A stretch of 64,000 nucleotides of DNA from positions 1,231,034 through 1,295,033 of the forward strand of contig NW_003314309.1 in the NCBI RefSeq assembly GCF_000143415.4. The letters are read 5' to 3'. A program made the translations under genes and the position numbers. A model generated the notes under the pieces. It had not been told where the DNA came from. It was given only the letters and a program-made list of their open reading frames with translations, and ran no database searches. Shown here one piece after another: positions 1-11,911 of the stretch. How positions within the stretch are numbered: position 1 is the first letter of the stretch; each line of letters starts with the position of its first letter. Origin of the DNA: Selaginella moellendorffii. Lineage: Eukaryota; Plantae; Lycopodiophyta.

Positions 1-140
1 TACTCTCTTTGCTCGATACTTGTGGAATCCCGGCCTTAGAATCTCTTCCTTCTCCCAAGAAAGGATTCCAGGGTCATCACCCCGAGAGGAGAATTCAAGC
101 AAAGATCTATCACAAGATCAAAGGGAACTAGAAAGAAGAA

Positions 141-2661
141 ATGGATCGAAAATCTTTGTCTAGTGTTCCTTTGCCGAGCAACATAGCCATACTTTCGGGC
201 AGCACTGTGCCTGGCCATTTTTCTTCTACTTCTAGTTCTACTGCTACTACTACTACTCTTCCTTCGAATCGAAACATTGTGGTAATTTTTGATGCGTCGA
301 GGGAGATGTCAAGCATCGCTGTGGAGTGGACGTTGGAGAGAATTCTTCAGCATGGGGATGTCTTGACACATCTTGGGATTTTACCGCAAACAGTCACAGG
401 AATTGCAAAACTCAGTAAGTTTTTCGCTTCTTTTTTGCCTTTTATTTTAATATTTATTGTTTAGTGCGATACAAGCCCCAGAAGGGGACTGAACAGTCTA
501 TCGTTGGCAACCAGGATGAGGAAATTTGTAAGAAACTGAAGCTCTACAGCTTAATTCTCAGTGATATTCAAAAGGCATGCGAGGATCTAAACGTAAGAAA
601 TCATTCTAAACTTTTGGTTTTTTTTTTAATGTATATTCTTTTTAACAGGCTAGTTTAGATCTTCGAATTGTTACTGGGTATCCACTGAATCTAGTTGCTG
701 TGACCGAAATAAGAAAACTACAGCCTACATGGGTTATTCTAGACAGGTTTTTTTTTTCTTCTTCTTCTTCTGTTTTTTAGGTCCTCATACTATGAATCTG
801 GATAGAAATATGAAGAGACATCGCAAGCATATAAACGACCAGCTCTCCTGCAACATGATTCTCATGGATCGGAACAACGAAGGCAAAATTCTCAAGCTTT
901 GTGCCCCGGTGGTGTTGGGACCATCTCTCCAGTTCCAAGACATCTCCTCCGACTCCCAAATCCTCGACACAGTTGGAAAGTATCGTCACTTTTCATCCTC
1001 CGGAGGGGATTCGGACAGCGATACGATCCTCACACACAGTAAACACGGTGAATAGAATTTTCGTTATTTACATTATTATATTCAATTTTTCCATGGTTTC
1101 ATGTTCAAAGCACGCAGAGGAGGAACATCAAATAACAGTGTCACTGTTGATCCTGGCCCGAGTGAGAATGCGGCAGTGGAGTTGGACGCTGTACTGCCGA
1201 GAGAATTGGATGAAACCAACACTGCAATCAAGCTGGATAAAGAGAAACTTACGACTGATGAAGCGATCACCGAGGACACCATCCTCTTCCCAAAACCCGG
1301 GAGCTCGGCACTGCCACTTTGCTCGATTTGCAAGCACAAGCCCCGCGATTTCAAGAGACAGACGAGAGAGTTTACGTATTCTGAGCTGGAGGAGGCGACA
1401 GACAATTTCTCGCATGCCAACTTTCTGGCCGAGGGAGGATTTGGGTTTGTGTACAAGGGCGTTCTCAAAGGTGGCCAACACATTGCCGTGAAGCAACACA
1501 AGCTCGCCAGCACGCAAGGAGGGAGGGAGTTTTGTGCAGAGGTCAAGGTTCTGAGTGGAGCACAGCACCGAAACCTGGTAACTTTGCTAGGATTTTGCGT
1601 TGAGGGTGGCAAGAGAATGCTCGTTTACGAGTTTGTGTGCAACAAGTCACTGGACTATCACTTATTTGGTACTTTCTTTTCTTTTCTTTTCTTTTTTTTC
1701 TAAACACTTGGCTTTGACATGTGACAATGGTGGCAGACAAAAACACGGTGCTACCATGGTGTGCAAGACAGGGAGTCGCTTTGGGGGCTGCCAGAGCGAT
1801 GCGATATCTTCACGAGGAATGCCGGGTTGGAACTATAATTCATAGAGATCTCAGGCCACACAACATTCTTCTCACACATGACTATGCTCCAATGGTAACC
1901 ATTGTTACTATATCGTTTCTAGATTACTTATATGGTACCAGGTTGGAGATTTTGGATTGGCTAGATGGCATACAAGCAGCCAGCCCGCAGTTGAGACGAA
2001 GGTAATTGGCACACTCGGGTAAGAAACCAAAACTCCTATGTTATTTTAATATGACATTTAATGTTTAGAATTGAAGGTATTTGGCTCCGGAGTATGCTTC
2101 AAGTGGACAAGTTACAGAGAAAGCCGACGTGTATTCGTTTGGTGTGATTTTACTCGAAATGGTCACAGGCCGGAGATCACTAGATATATCCCTGCCTCAT
2201 GCAGAACAATGTCTCACAGAATGGGTAAGATTCATTTTTTAAAAAATTTCTATTTAATATTAATTACAGGCTCGTCCAAAACTCGATGTAAGAGATGCCG
2301 ATTCTTTACTGGATCCACGACTGGTTAAAGATTTACTCCAGGAGTCACAGCTTTACGAGATCCAAGCAATGGTCCACGCAGCGGCATTTTGCCTAAGAAG
2401 AGAACCCTCGCAAAGGCCAAGAATGAGTCAGGTTGATACTTACGAAGAAAAATCATGAACTTACAAGGTTGACATTGTTGCATGTAGGTGTTGCGAATTT
2501 TGGAAGGCGAGAGAGGTGAAGCACCCACCATAGCTCTAACAATGTCTACCACCTGGGATCCCACAACCAAGAGCCGGATCCCACGAGTTCCAAGCAATAC
2601 CACGCCCAAAAGTCCGAGCAAGCAAAGCTTTCTCTCATATAATGAGATGATCACCAGCTAG
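141..2661 (+). CDS. Multi-exon receptor-like cytoplasmic protein kinase with N-terminal USP-like domain (SELMODRAFT_444075-like family)
   Basis: N-terminal [34 protein letters not shown]; kinase motifs [80 protein letters not shown]; short GT..AG introns (e.g. 415-464); ends ..[12 protein letters not shown] at 2661. Confidence 0.9.
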
Positions 2662-2786
2662 ATGGCATGAGCTATCATGAAAGTTGACTATAGGTAATAT
2701 ACTCAAGAGAAAAAGAGAAACTATTATTCGTGATGTTGTTACAAGAAGCTACTATAATCCAAAGTCATACAAATAGCTTCTCAGGA

Positions 2787-2990
2787 TCAAAGTTTCAAAG
2801 AGTGATCTTGGCTGGCGGCATCCATCGCAAAGAACTCGGAGATCACCTCCAGCGGCATGCCTTTCGTTTTGACAGGGTGAAGATCCAGGGCACTAACACC
2901 ACCACCGCAAAGCAGCCAAACAAGCCACCGATTCCCAGCACCCCGCGGAGCTTCAGGCACATCTTGGTGAGGAGGATGTTGCAAGTCCAT
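2787..2990 (-). pseudogene. 3' fragment of tonoplast monosaccharide transporter (TMT/MSSP), frameshifted
   Basis: KTKGMPLEVISEFFAMD C-terminal motif; a better-preserved copy lies at 36191-36470. Confidence 0.8.
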
Positions 2991-4339
2991 AAATGTCAGG
3001 TTCATTAAATTCAAAACAAGATTATAGATCCGTTGGAAGGAAGGAAAAATAATTTCTAGCCGATTATCTATAAAATAGAGACCTGGTTAAAATAAAAACA
3101 TGGCACCACATTGGGATTTCATTCGCCTTTGCTTTGTGCTCCTCTTCTACTTGGCCCATCATCCTCTAGAATGATTATCCATTTGGAGGTAATATTCTTC
3201 TCACAAGGTCACTCAGCATTGTTTACACTCAGAAAGACATAAAGGTGGACTTCATGATAGAAAATTAACTCTGCAAGAGTGTTAATGTTCTCCATTCGTG
3301 GGATCTATTTGCACCATTGGTTAATAATGCCACTTGAGGAAGAGAAAGCTTGAAAAGAACCGAGAAGAATTTCTCATTTTACTCTCTCTTTTATTTAATC
3401 AGTAAGGCTGATTGATTCTGCGCAGACCTTTCCTCAACCGGTTTAATCACCGTCTGGATGCGTTGATTCTTTGATATTTACCAGATTGGAGACAGCAGCC
3501 ATTTAGACAAGAGGTAGTTTGAATTTCAAGTTCACGGGGATCAAATCAACTTTACCTGCGAAGCAGGCGTTTTGTCTACTCTGGTTAGATTAAACATTCA
3601 TAACTCTAGCTCTAGATGTCAGAATTTGAATTCTGACATTCATGTTAACAGTGCTTAAATTCTCAGGAATCCCGGCGAAGGCTGTGATTTTCTTGGACAG
3701 TAGAATTACTGCCATGTGGGCATAACTACTGCCACATCATCTATACAACTTAAGGATGATCCACTTGTTTTTTATAAACAAGAAAATATCAAATCAAACA
3801 ATTTGCTTGAGTTAATGCACCCGATTCATGTGACCTGAATGAGGTGGAAACTGTCACAATCTGAGAGTGAGGGACTACAGTGCTTGTGATGGGTTTTGCA
3901 CTCTGATTCAATGGTAACTGCAGAAGAAGAGGAAGCATCTTTGCAAGGTACCGGACCGGCTTATTCGACTCGGAATCTTCCCGCTGGTATCAGCCACCAG
4001 TCAAGGGTCCACAATTTGTCCACTCGCCATTAGAAAAAAAATAAAAAAATTTCAATCTTCCAGACCTTAACTGGTAATTAAAACCAGGGCTTGATAGCAA
4101 TTTATTACTTTTGACAACTTATTTCCGGTGTCATTCGCTCCCATCCAATGGTTGAGGATGACGGAATAAGTGACATGTGCACAAGACTTCCAATACTATA
4201 AGTCCATGTCCCAATTAACCAGCTATAAAATACTCATGTTTAATGTGTGTCAATAATCCTTTTGCAGGTTCACCTATGGAAACCTTATTACAACTTCTAT
4301 TTCCTCTAAATGATAAGAATCATGCTTCTACACAAGCAT

Positions 4340-5900
4340 AAACTAAATGAGGCTATGCACATTTGATAGCAACGTAAAGGCAACATGGCTGCAAGGATTT
4401 AGTCTACAAGCATTCCTTGCTGCTCGTTCCCCTTGCTCAATCTCACAAGAGTTGTCCAAGCAATCTTATTGGCTGCAAAGTGCATGCTGTGGAGCAGCTC
4501 CTCGGCTTGCTCCAGCCGCCGTGCTTGTCCCAGCAAATCTATCAAACAGTGGAACTGCTTGATCACCAGTAAAATGCCATGAGCTTCCACCATGATCCCA
4601 AAGTGCTCCCTTGCTGAGTTGACCACGCCTTCGTGATTGCAAGCCATGAGAACGCTCACATAAGTGATGTAGCTCGGCCTCACTCCTTTGAGGAGCATTG
4701 AGCCAACGAGCTCCAGGATGGTTTTCAAGTCGCCATTCTAGGATGATCGAATTCCAAGTGTAGAGATCCTGCTTGGGCATTCGATTAAACACATCCAGGG
4801 CCTCCTCAAGCTGGCCATTTTGGGGAAAGCCAGAAACCATAGTTGTCCATGAAACTTTGTCATGGACAGGCATTTTCTCAAAGGTAACGATGGTATTACG
4901 CAAATGCCCATACATGCCATTCGCAGAAATGAGGCACTTCCACGAAAAAGCAATTCGTGTGGGCATAGTGTCAAACGTAGTCTTTGCCATCTCAACCCTT
5001 CCATTCTGAGAGTATGCCTGAATCATGGCCGTCCACGTGACCGAGTCCCAACAAGGCATATTTGCAAAGACAAGCTCTGTCTCATCAAGATCCCAGTTCT
5101 GGGCATAAACCGTGATTACGGACGTCCAGGCCACAACGTCCTTGGACGGCATTTTGTCAAAAAAACGCCTAGCTACGTCTACCAAGCCCTGATTCCATAC
5201 GCGGCTATCACGATTGTCCATGAAAGGGCGCTCAGGTCTGGCATGGACTCCCACGGCTCCACCGACTTAATAAAAATGCCCATTTTGGGCAATGTTTGCA
5301 CAATAGCTTTCCATGCGACCAGATTTCTTTCAGGTATTTTGGTAAAGATGTTCCATGCTTCAAGAACTCGACCGTTGCCAGCGTAGGCTGCCAACATGGC
5401 AGTCCACGACACAAGGTCGTGCTGACGCATACTGTCGAATATACTTCTTGCCTCGTCCAGATACCCTGCAACGGTATATGCTGACAGCATGGCAGTCCAC
5501 GATACCACATTTAGCCAGGGAGTCCTGTCGTACCAGATTCGCGCCTGGTCGACCAGGCCATTGTGGCTTTACGCTTTTGAGACATTTATTCCAGGATACA
5601 GCGTGTTCTCTCAAAGAAATCTCGTGCCATGTCAAGATGCCCATGCATGGCATATGCTGTAACAATAGAGTTCCACAAGCAAACATTCCGTTCTTCCAAT
5701 CTATCGACGTCCAGACAATGGGAAGTTTTACTTCCAAAGGATCAACTAATGATTCTTACGTTGGATCGGAAGCGCTCATCGCCCAAGACGCTCGCACACC
5801 CTGACCAAATCACCGCAGCAAGATTTCAGCAGCCTCACGAAGCCAGGAACATCACACATGAGACGGGTGAGATCGATCCATTGACAAAATTAACGAAATT
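4340..5900 (-). pseudogene. PLS/E-class pentatricopeptide repeat (PPR) pseudogene
   Basis: Repeated FDKMPSKDVVAWTSVIT / VSWTAMLSAY motifs and an E-domain-like tail (HFHCLIDLLGQARRLEQAEELL-like) split across several frames. Confidence 0.85.
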
Positions 5901-5914
5901 CTTTGCAGTCAGTC

Positions 5915-6400
5915 ACAGCTAAGAGCCGAGAAGAATCCCAGTCTTTCTCACACAACCCTTCACCTCGACGAGCTCCACGTCGAAGATCTCGAGTTGGGTC
6001 CTCCGGTCGGCCTCTCGACATTCTTTAGCTCCAAGCAGTTCGTACGTTTGATCCCTTCCTCAAACCCAGGAACCAATCCACCATCGCCCAGTCGCGTCTT
6101 GGATGGCTGCCCCTTCTGGTAGCTACTGTCGCTCCTTCTCCCGGACTCGTTGTAGCTAATGTAGTTGACGATCACTTCACTGGCCATCGCTGGGGAATTT
6201 GCCGCTCCCCTGTTCCAGGTCGAGGTAAATCAATCCGGTGTTCGTGGTCGGTGGTCACATACTCGGGGCTCGCCCACGACCTTGACCTTGAATCCCACCC
6301 GCTGGCTGGACTCCAGCAGCTTCTCTTCCTGCGCGGCGGCCTTGGATTTGATGACCGCTTGAGCGGCATTGCCCGCGCTGCCGATCGCGAGGGGAGAAAG
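5915..6400 (-). pseudogene. FKBP20-2: Thylakoid FKBP-type PPIase FKBP20-2-like pseudogene with internal micro-inversion
   Basis: GFKVKVV, LIYLDLEQGSGKFPSDGQ, YISYNESGRRSDSSYQKG..GLVPGFEEGIK and EIFDVELVEVKGC on the minus strand; ELGPPVGLSTFFSSKQF on the plus strand (5991-6041). Confidence 0.8.
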
Positions 6401-6439
6401 CCGAAAGCCCTAATACACGTGTCACAATGCCACGTGGCA

Positions 6440-7330
6440 GCGAGCCAAGAAATCTCTCATTTCGGGGCTTCCAAACGATGTCGCTCGCCACTGCCTCGCC
6501 AAGGTCCCCAGGATCTACCACCGCACCATGCGATCGGTGTCAACGACATTTCCTGGCGGTAAGAAGGAAGAATGGCATTGCGGATGCCTGGCTCGTTGTG
6601 ATCCTCATGGAAAATGGGCACAACTCCTACTGCATCTACAATCTTCCCTCCAAATCCAAAGCACCTCTTCCAGATCGGGGCTAGAATTCGGCGGTGCAAT
6701 TCGCCACATTCAAGACCGCGGCGGTGGGCACTCTCCTCGTCGCGCTGGAATCCAGGACGAGCTCTCGCCGCTCGACCGTGGAGAACCACACCCGGATCTT
6801 CGATTCTACCGAGAACAAGTGGCAGCCAGGATCACCGCCAACTGTCGCGCGGTCGCAGTTCGCTATGGCGACAGTGAATGGGAGCTGCGACCACGACGGT
6901 GACTTTGTCGTCGTGACCGAGTCGTACGATGTCGCGACCGACACGCCGCGGTCGCTCGTCCGGCGCTTCTCTTCGTCGCATTGCGAGGTGCTGGTCTATG
7001 ATCCTGGCAGCGATTCCTGGCACCGCGATTCCTCCGGGATGAGCGCCATGGATCACGGAGAGCTCATCTCTACCTCCAGCGGGATTTACAGCTTGACCGC
7101 CTCGGACCGCCTCTACAAGTTCGTGGACGGGGAATGGGTTCTCGCCGGGAGCATCCAGCGCAAGCCATCCCTCTCCGGCTTTCAATGTCCACTCGCAGCG
7201 GGCATTTGGGCTCCGGGACGAGATCTTCGTTCTGGGCGGTGATGATCTGGGAAGAAGCTCTTGATTGGAGAGGATCTCATTTGCCACGGATTGTTCCTCT
7301 GGTTTAGAGCTGGCTCCGTGGTCATGGGAT
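6440..7330 (+). pseudogene. F-box/kelch-repeat protein pseudogene
   Basis: F-box ISGLPNDVARHCLAKVPRIYHRTMRSVS at about 6458-6545; kelch-like RIFDSTENKW and VLVYDPGSDSW; multiple frameshifts. Confidence 0.75.
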
Positions 7331-7346
7331 AGGTCGATCCTGCTAG

Positions 7347-9176
7347 ATGAGCTTGCGGCGAATTCGGGTGCTCCGCGAGCGGTTCCACACGGCAGCGGCA
7401 TCGGTGATGAGTGACAATGCCAAGTTCTTGGAGACCGATGTGGACGGATGGAAGCGAAGGTATGGAGAACTCTCGCGAGCTGTGGATGCCGTGGTCGAGC
7501 AAGCAGGGGAGATCAGCATCAACACGACAGTTTCGAGAGCTTTCGTGTCTCTTCTCAAGTGGTGCGTACAAGAGAATAATCTAGCACAAGTTCGTCGTGT
7601 GCACGACTTCGTTTCCGCGAGGCATCCCGGCTGCGCCCAAGACCAGTTCGTGGGAAACATGATCCTACAGGCATATCGGAAGCTTGGGCAGCTTGATCTA
7701 GCGTGTGCGGTATTTGCCGGCATTTGCAACAGAGATCTTTTCTCGTGGACTATCATGATCGCAGCTTTTGCCCGGGATGGGCACTTCTCCGAGGCATTGT
7801 TGCTGTTTAGACGGATGGAGCTCGATGGAATAAAGCCATCCCCGGTGACTTGCGTGACAGTTCTTGCCTCCTTCACGGGACCCAGGCTTCTCCCGCAAGC
7901 TAGAAAGTTTCACGCAAGGATCGAAGCTTTGGGCCTGGAATCAAACGTTATAGTCGGGACTGCGGTGATCACAATGTATGGGAAATGTGGAAGCCTGACA
8001 GATTCCAGGCTAGTTTTCGAGAGAATGCCGCAAAAGAACCTCGTCACCTGGACGACGCTGATATCGACCTATGCCCAGCACGGCCATGGAAAAGAAGCGA
8101 TAGAGATTTTCGAGAGGCTGCTCGCTCATGGAGGATTGGAACCTGACGCGGTTGCTTGCGTGAGCGCTCTCGACGCTTGCTCGAGCCTGGCATCGCTAGA
8201 GCAGGGCAGGAAAGTTCACAGGATCGTCGTCTCGAGGGGATTCGAGAGCAACACAGTCGTAGCAAACGCTCTCGTGTTCATGTATGGGAAATGCGGGGCT
8301 GTGGAAGAATCGAGAGCAGCGTTTGACACGATCCAACACAAGAATCGCAACTCATGGAACTGCATGCTCACGGTTTACACCCAAGGAGGCCACTTCCGCG
8401 AGGCGATGGAGCTCTTCAAAAGGATCGACGTAGAGCCGGACCACGTCACTTTTCTCTGCCTTGTTCTTGCTTGCTCTGGTGCGAAAGACCTTGCCGAAGG
8501 AATTGCCACTCACAGGCTGATCGAAGAGAGCGAGGTTGCTTCGAACGAGGCCCTGTGCCACTCGCTCATGAACATGTACTCCAAGCTTGGGAGGCTAGAG
8601 AGCGTTCGGGAAATCTTCGAAAAGATGGCGAGCAAGAACGTGATCTCCTGGACGTCCATCGTCTCGGCCCACGCCCAAGCCGGGGATCTGGAGATGACGC
8701 AGTCGCTCTTCGCGGGAATGCAGCTCGATGGCGTCGCTCCAGACAGCATCGCGTTTGTGAGCGTCTTGTCTTCGTGCAGTCACGGAGGATTGCTCGAGAG
8801 CTTCCCAGTGCTCTTGCGGTGCATGGTGGAGGACTGCGAGATCCTTCCACGCGTGGAGCACTACGGCTGCGTTGTGGACGCTCTGGGACGGTGCGGGAAG
8901 CTTGACGAGGCGGAGAGGTTTGTGGAGGAGTTGCCGGTGAGAGTGGCAGTGCTGTGGATCGCGCTGCTAGCGGCGTGTTCCACTCACAAGGATGTGAGGC
9001 GCGCAAGGCGGGTCGCGGAGCGGGCATTTGCACTGGAGCCTCGGAATTGGTCGACGTATGTGATGTTCGCAAACATCCTGGGCGAGGCCGGTGAGCGGGA
9101 TGAAAGCGCCGCGATCAAGCAGAGAATGGAGGAGTTGAAAGCTCGATCACAAGAAAAAGGAGCACATATTTCGTAA
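7347..9176 (+). CDS. PLS-E class pentatricopeptide repeat protein (609 aa, intronless)
   Basis: Open ORF with repeated MYGKCG..A..F..M...N.V.W motifs and an E domain (EHYGCVVDALGRCGKLDEAE..LEPRNWSTYVMFANI); no DYW domain. Confidence 0.93.
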   Translation: MSLRRIRVLRERFHTAAASVMSDNAKFLETDVDGWKRRYGELSRAVDAVVEQAGEISINTTVSRAFVSLLKWCVQENNLAQVRRVHDFVSARHPGCAQDQFVGNMILQAYRKLGQLDLACAVFAGICNRDLFSWTIMIAAFARDGHFSEALLLFRRMELDGIKPSPVTCVTVLASFTGPRLLPQARKFHARIEALGLESNVIVGTAVITMYGKCGSLTDSRLVFERMPQKNLVTWTTLISTYAQHGHGKEAIEIFERLLAHGGLEPDAVACVSALDACSSLASLEQGRKVHRIVVSRGFESNTVVANALVFMYGKCGAVEESRAAFDTIQHKNRNSWNCMLTVYTQGGHFREAMELFKRIDVEPDHVTFLCLVLACSGAKDLAEGIATHRLIEESEVASNEALCHSLMNMYSKLGRLESVREIFEKMASKNVISWTSIVSAHAQAGDLEMTQSLFAGMQLDGVAPDSIAFVSVLSSCSHGGLLESFPVLLRCMVEDCEILPRVEHYGCVVDALGRCGKLDEAERFVEELPVRVAVLWIALLAACSTHKDVRRARRVAERAFALEPRNWSTYVMFANILGEAGERDESAAIKQRMEELKARSQEKGAHIS

Positions 9177-9290
9177 TTCACATGATCTTGGCGCTCGTGA
9201 GATGGTGCGCAAGAGCCTCATTCGTTTGAAAACAAGTGACCTTCTTCCCAGAGAGATCAGCAAGACCAATCGATGGATAGTTGAGGTGGC

Positions 9291-9375
9291 TTGCTTGAAC
9301 CATCTCCAAGACCATTTGATTACGGAGGTGGACATGTTAATCCCAATGCTGCAGCTCATTCAGGATCTAACATGT
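9291..9375 (+). pseudogene. Short subtilase (peptidase S8) fragment
   Basis: PFDYGGGHVNPNAAAH matches the conserved plant subtilase post-catalytic motif. Confidence 0.6.
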
Positions 9376-9821
9376 CAAACTACGTTGGACTTGTGTCTGG
9401 GCGACGGAAAGATGTGCTCAAAGCATATCAGTCGCTCTGCCATGACGGCTTCCATTTTGACAACAACAGCCTGTAAACTATTTGATCCAAGAATGCAAGA
9501 TTTCATAGTCAGTTGTAACCAAGGAAGATGTGATAGCTGCAAGACTCCTCTCAAGATGGTATGCTTTCAACAATGGAAGCCATGGAAGTTCCAGACATTG
9601 TCTGGAACCTATGGAGTGCTGCAGCTATAATAAATGGGAACCACATCAGGTTATATAAGGATTCCTAATTGTAGCAAATCCACCTTGATGATGGCAAGGA
9701 TTTGTGAGATGAGTAAACTTAAAGATGCTTAACCTTAAATAATTAATTGGAAAAGAAAGTGCTGGATTGAGAAATATTTACACTATATAGTTTTTCTCCC
9801 TAAACCCTACTTAAGAAAAAA

Positions 9822-9826
<5 letters not shown>

Positions 9827-9865
<39 letters not shown>
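9827..9865. repeat. (TA)n microsatellite
   Basis: Visible TA run of about 39 bp. Confidence 0.95.
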
Positions 9866-9867
<2 letters not shown>

Positions 9868-11911
9868 ACAAGAGAAAGATCAAACCTTTGTTCAAGTTCT
9901 AGAGTAGACTTTAAATTTGACATATAAAAGAATATGAAAAGACTAACTTGAAATTAGTAACTCACGATTGTGGCTTGATTAAAAACTTGGATTTTCCTGG
10001 CTTTGTTGCTGCTCCCTATAGCTATGTTCTTGTATAGATAAAAGGAAAAAATTATCTTAGATGAGAAAGCTTTACTTACCTTTCTTGTAGTCAAGAAAAT
10101 TACTTTTTGAATCAGCTCTTTTGGATATTTAATTATCCAAAACTCAGAATCAGCAAGCTTAATATCAGGCTGGGGAGGAAATACACTTTTTTATTAAACG
10201 AATGTTTGTTGTTGTCCCTAATGCGCCCACCCAATGGTAGAACATTTTGAGACTCTCTATTCAAGGAAATTGATTTTATTCCCAGGAACTACCTATATTA
10301 ATAAAAAGTCATTTCAAAAGTCAAAATTTTATTATAATCTCCATCTTTTGCTCATTTCTACAAGTTTTACTTTGTTTTTAGGATTCTTCAGTAGGCTCAT
10401 GGATGATTCACAATGTTAATATCATGGAATATGTGAGCATTGCTGAATTCTTCCATGCTGATTTTATAACACATTCATATTAATTAGAAGTTTTATTTGT
10501 TTATTGTAGTTAAATTATATATTTATGATATATCAACTAAGTCCCTATTTACCTCCTATATATCATAAAATATTATTTTTCTATTCAAATTGTATATAAG
10601 TCTTCAAATATTAAAGATTTTATATATTTGTAACATTTTTTGCAAGTAACAAATTATTAATAAAATATTTTACTGAATCTGGAATGTTTAAGATGTTTTT
10701 CTGGAAAAGAAATATCTTAATTTAAAAATAAAAAGCTATACAATTAGGCATTTTAATTTCTAAAATCTTTATGAATAGTTTAGGCTAATGAGATTGAATA
10801 ATATCCTAGACAATCTTGTGTGGGTTAAATACTTGGCTGGAACAGGTGCATTTGCTCATGGCAGCAAGCATTGTGAGTGCCTACATTTGATTGTGAGGAC
10901 GTCATGGGATTCTCTCACCAGACAGTGGGATTCTCTACGCATGCATTTCGTGAAGGATGGAGGTAAGAGTGATGCAATTGGCAAAGCCAAGGACTTGTCC
11001 AGGGCTGCACTGCCATTGCCAAGCAAAGAAAACAGGTTCAAGCCTCACATGTAAAGGCCATCAATAGGAAGAAGCTTGTGCTTGGTGATGGTGAGACTTG
11101 ATAGAACCTTAAATTATGCATTCTGGGTATGTCAATAGGAAAGAAAATAAAATAGAAATCTTAGAAGTTTGAGCAAGGCTTCTTGAAGTAGGACATCCTA
11201 TCTTCCAACTTCTCAAGATCCGCCAAATACAAGTTCCCAATATCGCCTTAATCATTATGTAGCTGCACTCGTCTAGCACTAAAATATCCAATTTTTTGCA
11301 AGCTCCAAGGACCGATACCTTCCTGGTTTTCAAATATCAATCCCCAATTACAGAATTTATCAATGCAGTTCATGAGCACTTTAGATTATATTTGTAAAGT
11401 ATGGCTTGCTACAGCGATGGTATGTATATCACAAAGTTTTCATATTTCTATCAATTTAAAACCTTTCTTGCAGTTAAAAGAGTTGCTCTTCTCGACAAAG
11501 TCTCGTCACGGTTTCAATAACATAGAGCATAATTAATAACTTTTAATAATAATTGATATTAATTCAGTTTTAACAACAGTGATTTTGGTTAATGTATTAA
11601 AATTAAGCTAAATTGACAACAGCCGCTAGATGAAAATTAATCTTATGACCCAAGGGCTTAGCGGCGAGTGGAGCGATGGGCAGCAGCGGCAGCGGTAAGT
11701 CACTCCCGATCGATTGGCGCCACCCTTGCCAAGATATCTCTCGCCAGAGCAAAGAGAATTCCCCCTCGAAGCTGAGAGATTGGATGCCAAGCAGAATAGG
11801 GTGGCAAAGAAGCTTTGTGGTAGCTCTATCCTCGTTTTTTTTTTCCAGGGAACTATATTGCGCCTGGAGAGAATCGTCCGTGCGTCCCGATTCTTTACGT
11901 GGAGTGCACTC

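Noticed and set aside
1082-1612. Antisense ORFs over the kinase, PPR, Copia and transposase (e.g. 57764-58642)
   Set aside because: Shadow ORFs of real coding sequence on the opposite strand.
10788-11333. Short ORFs, possibly LRR/F-box remnants
   Set aside because: Too short and degenerate to assign by eye.
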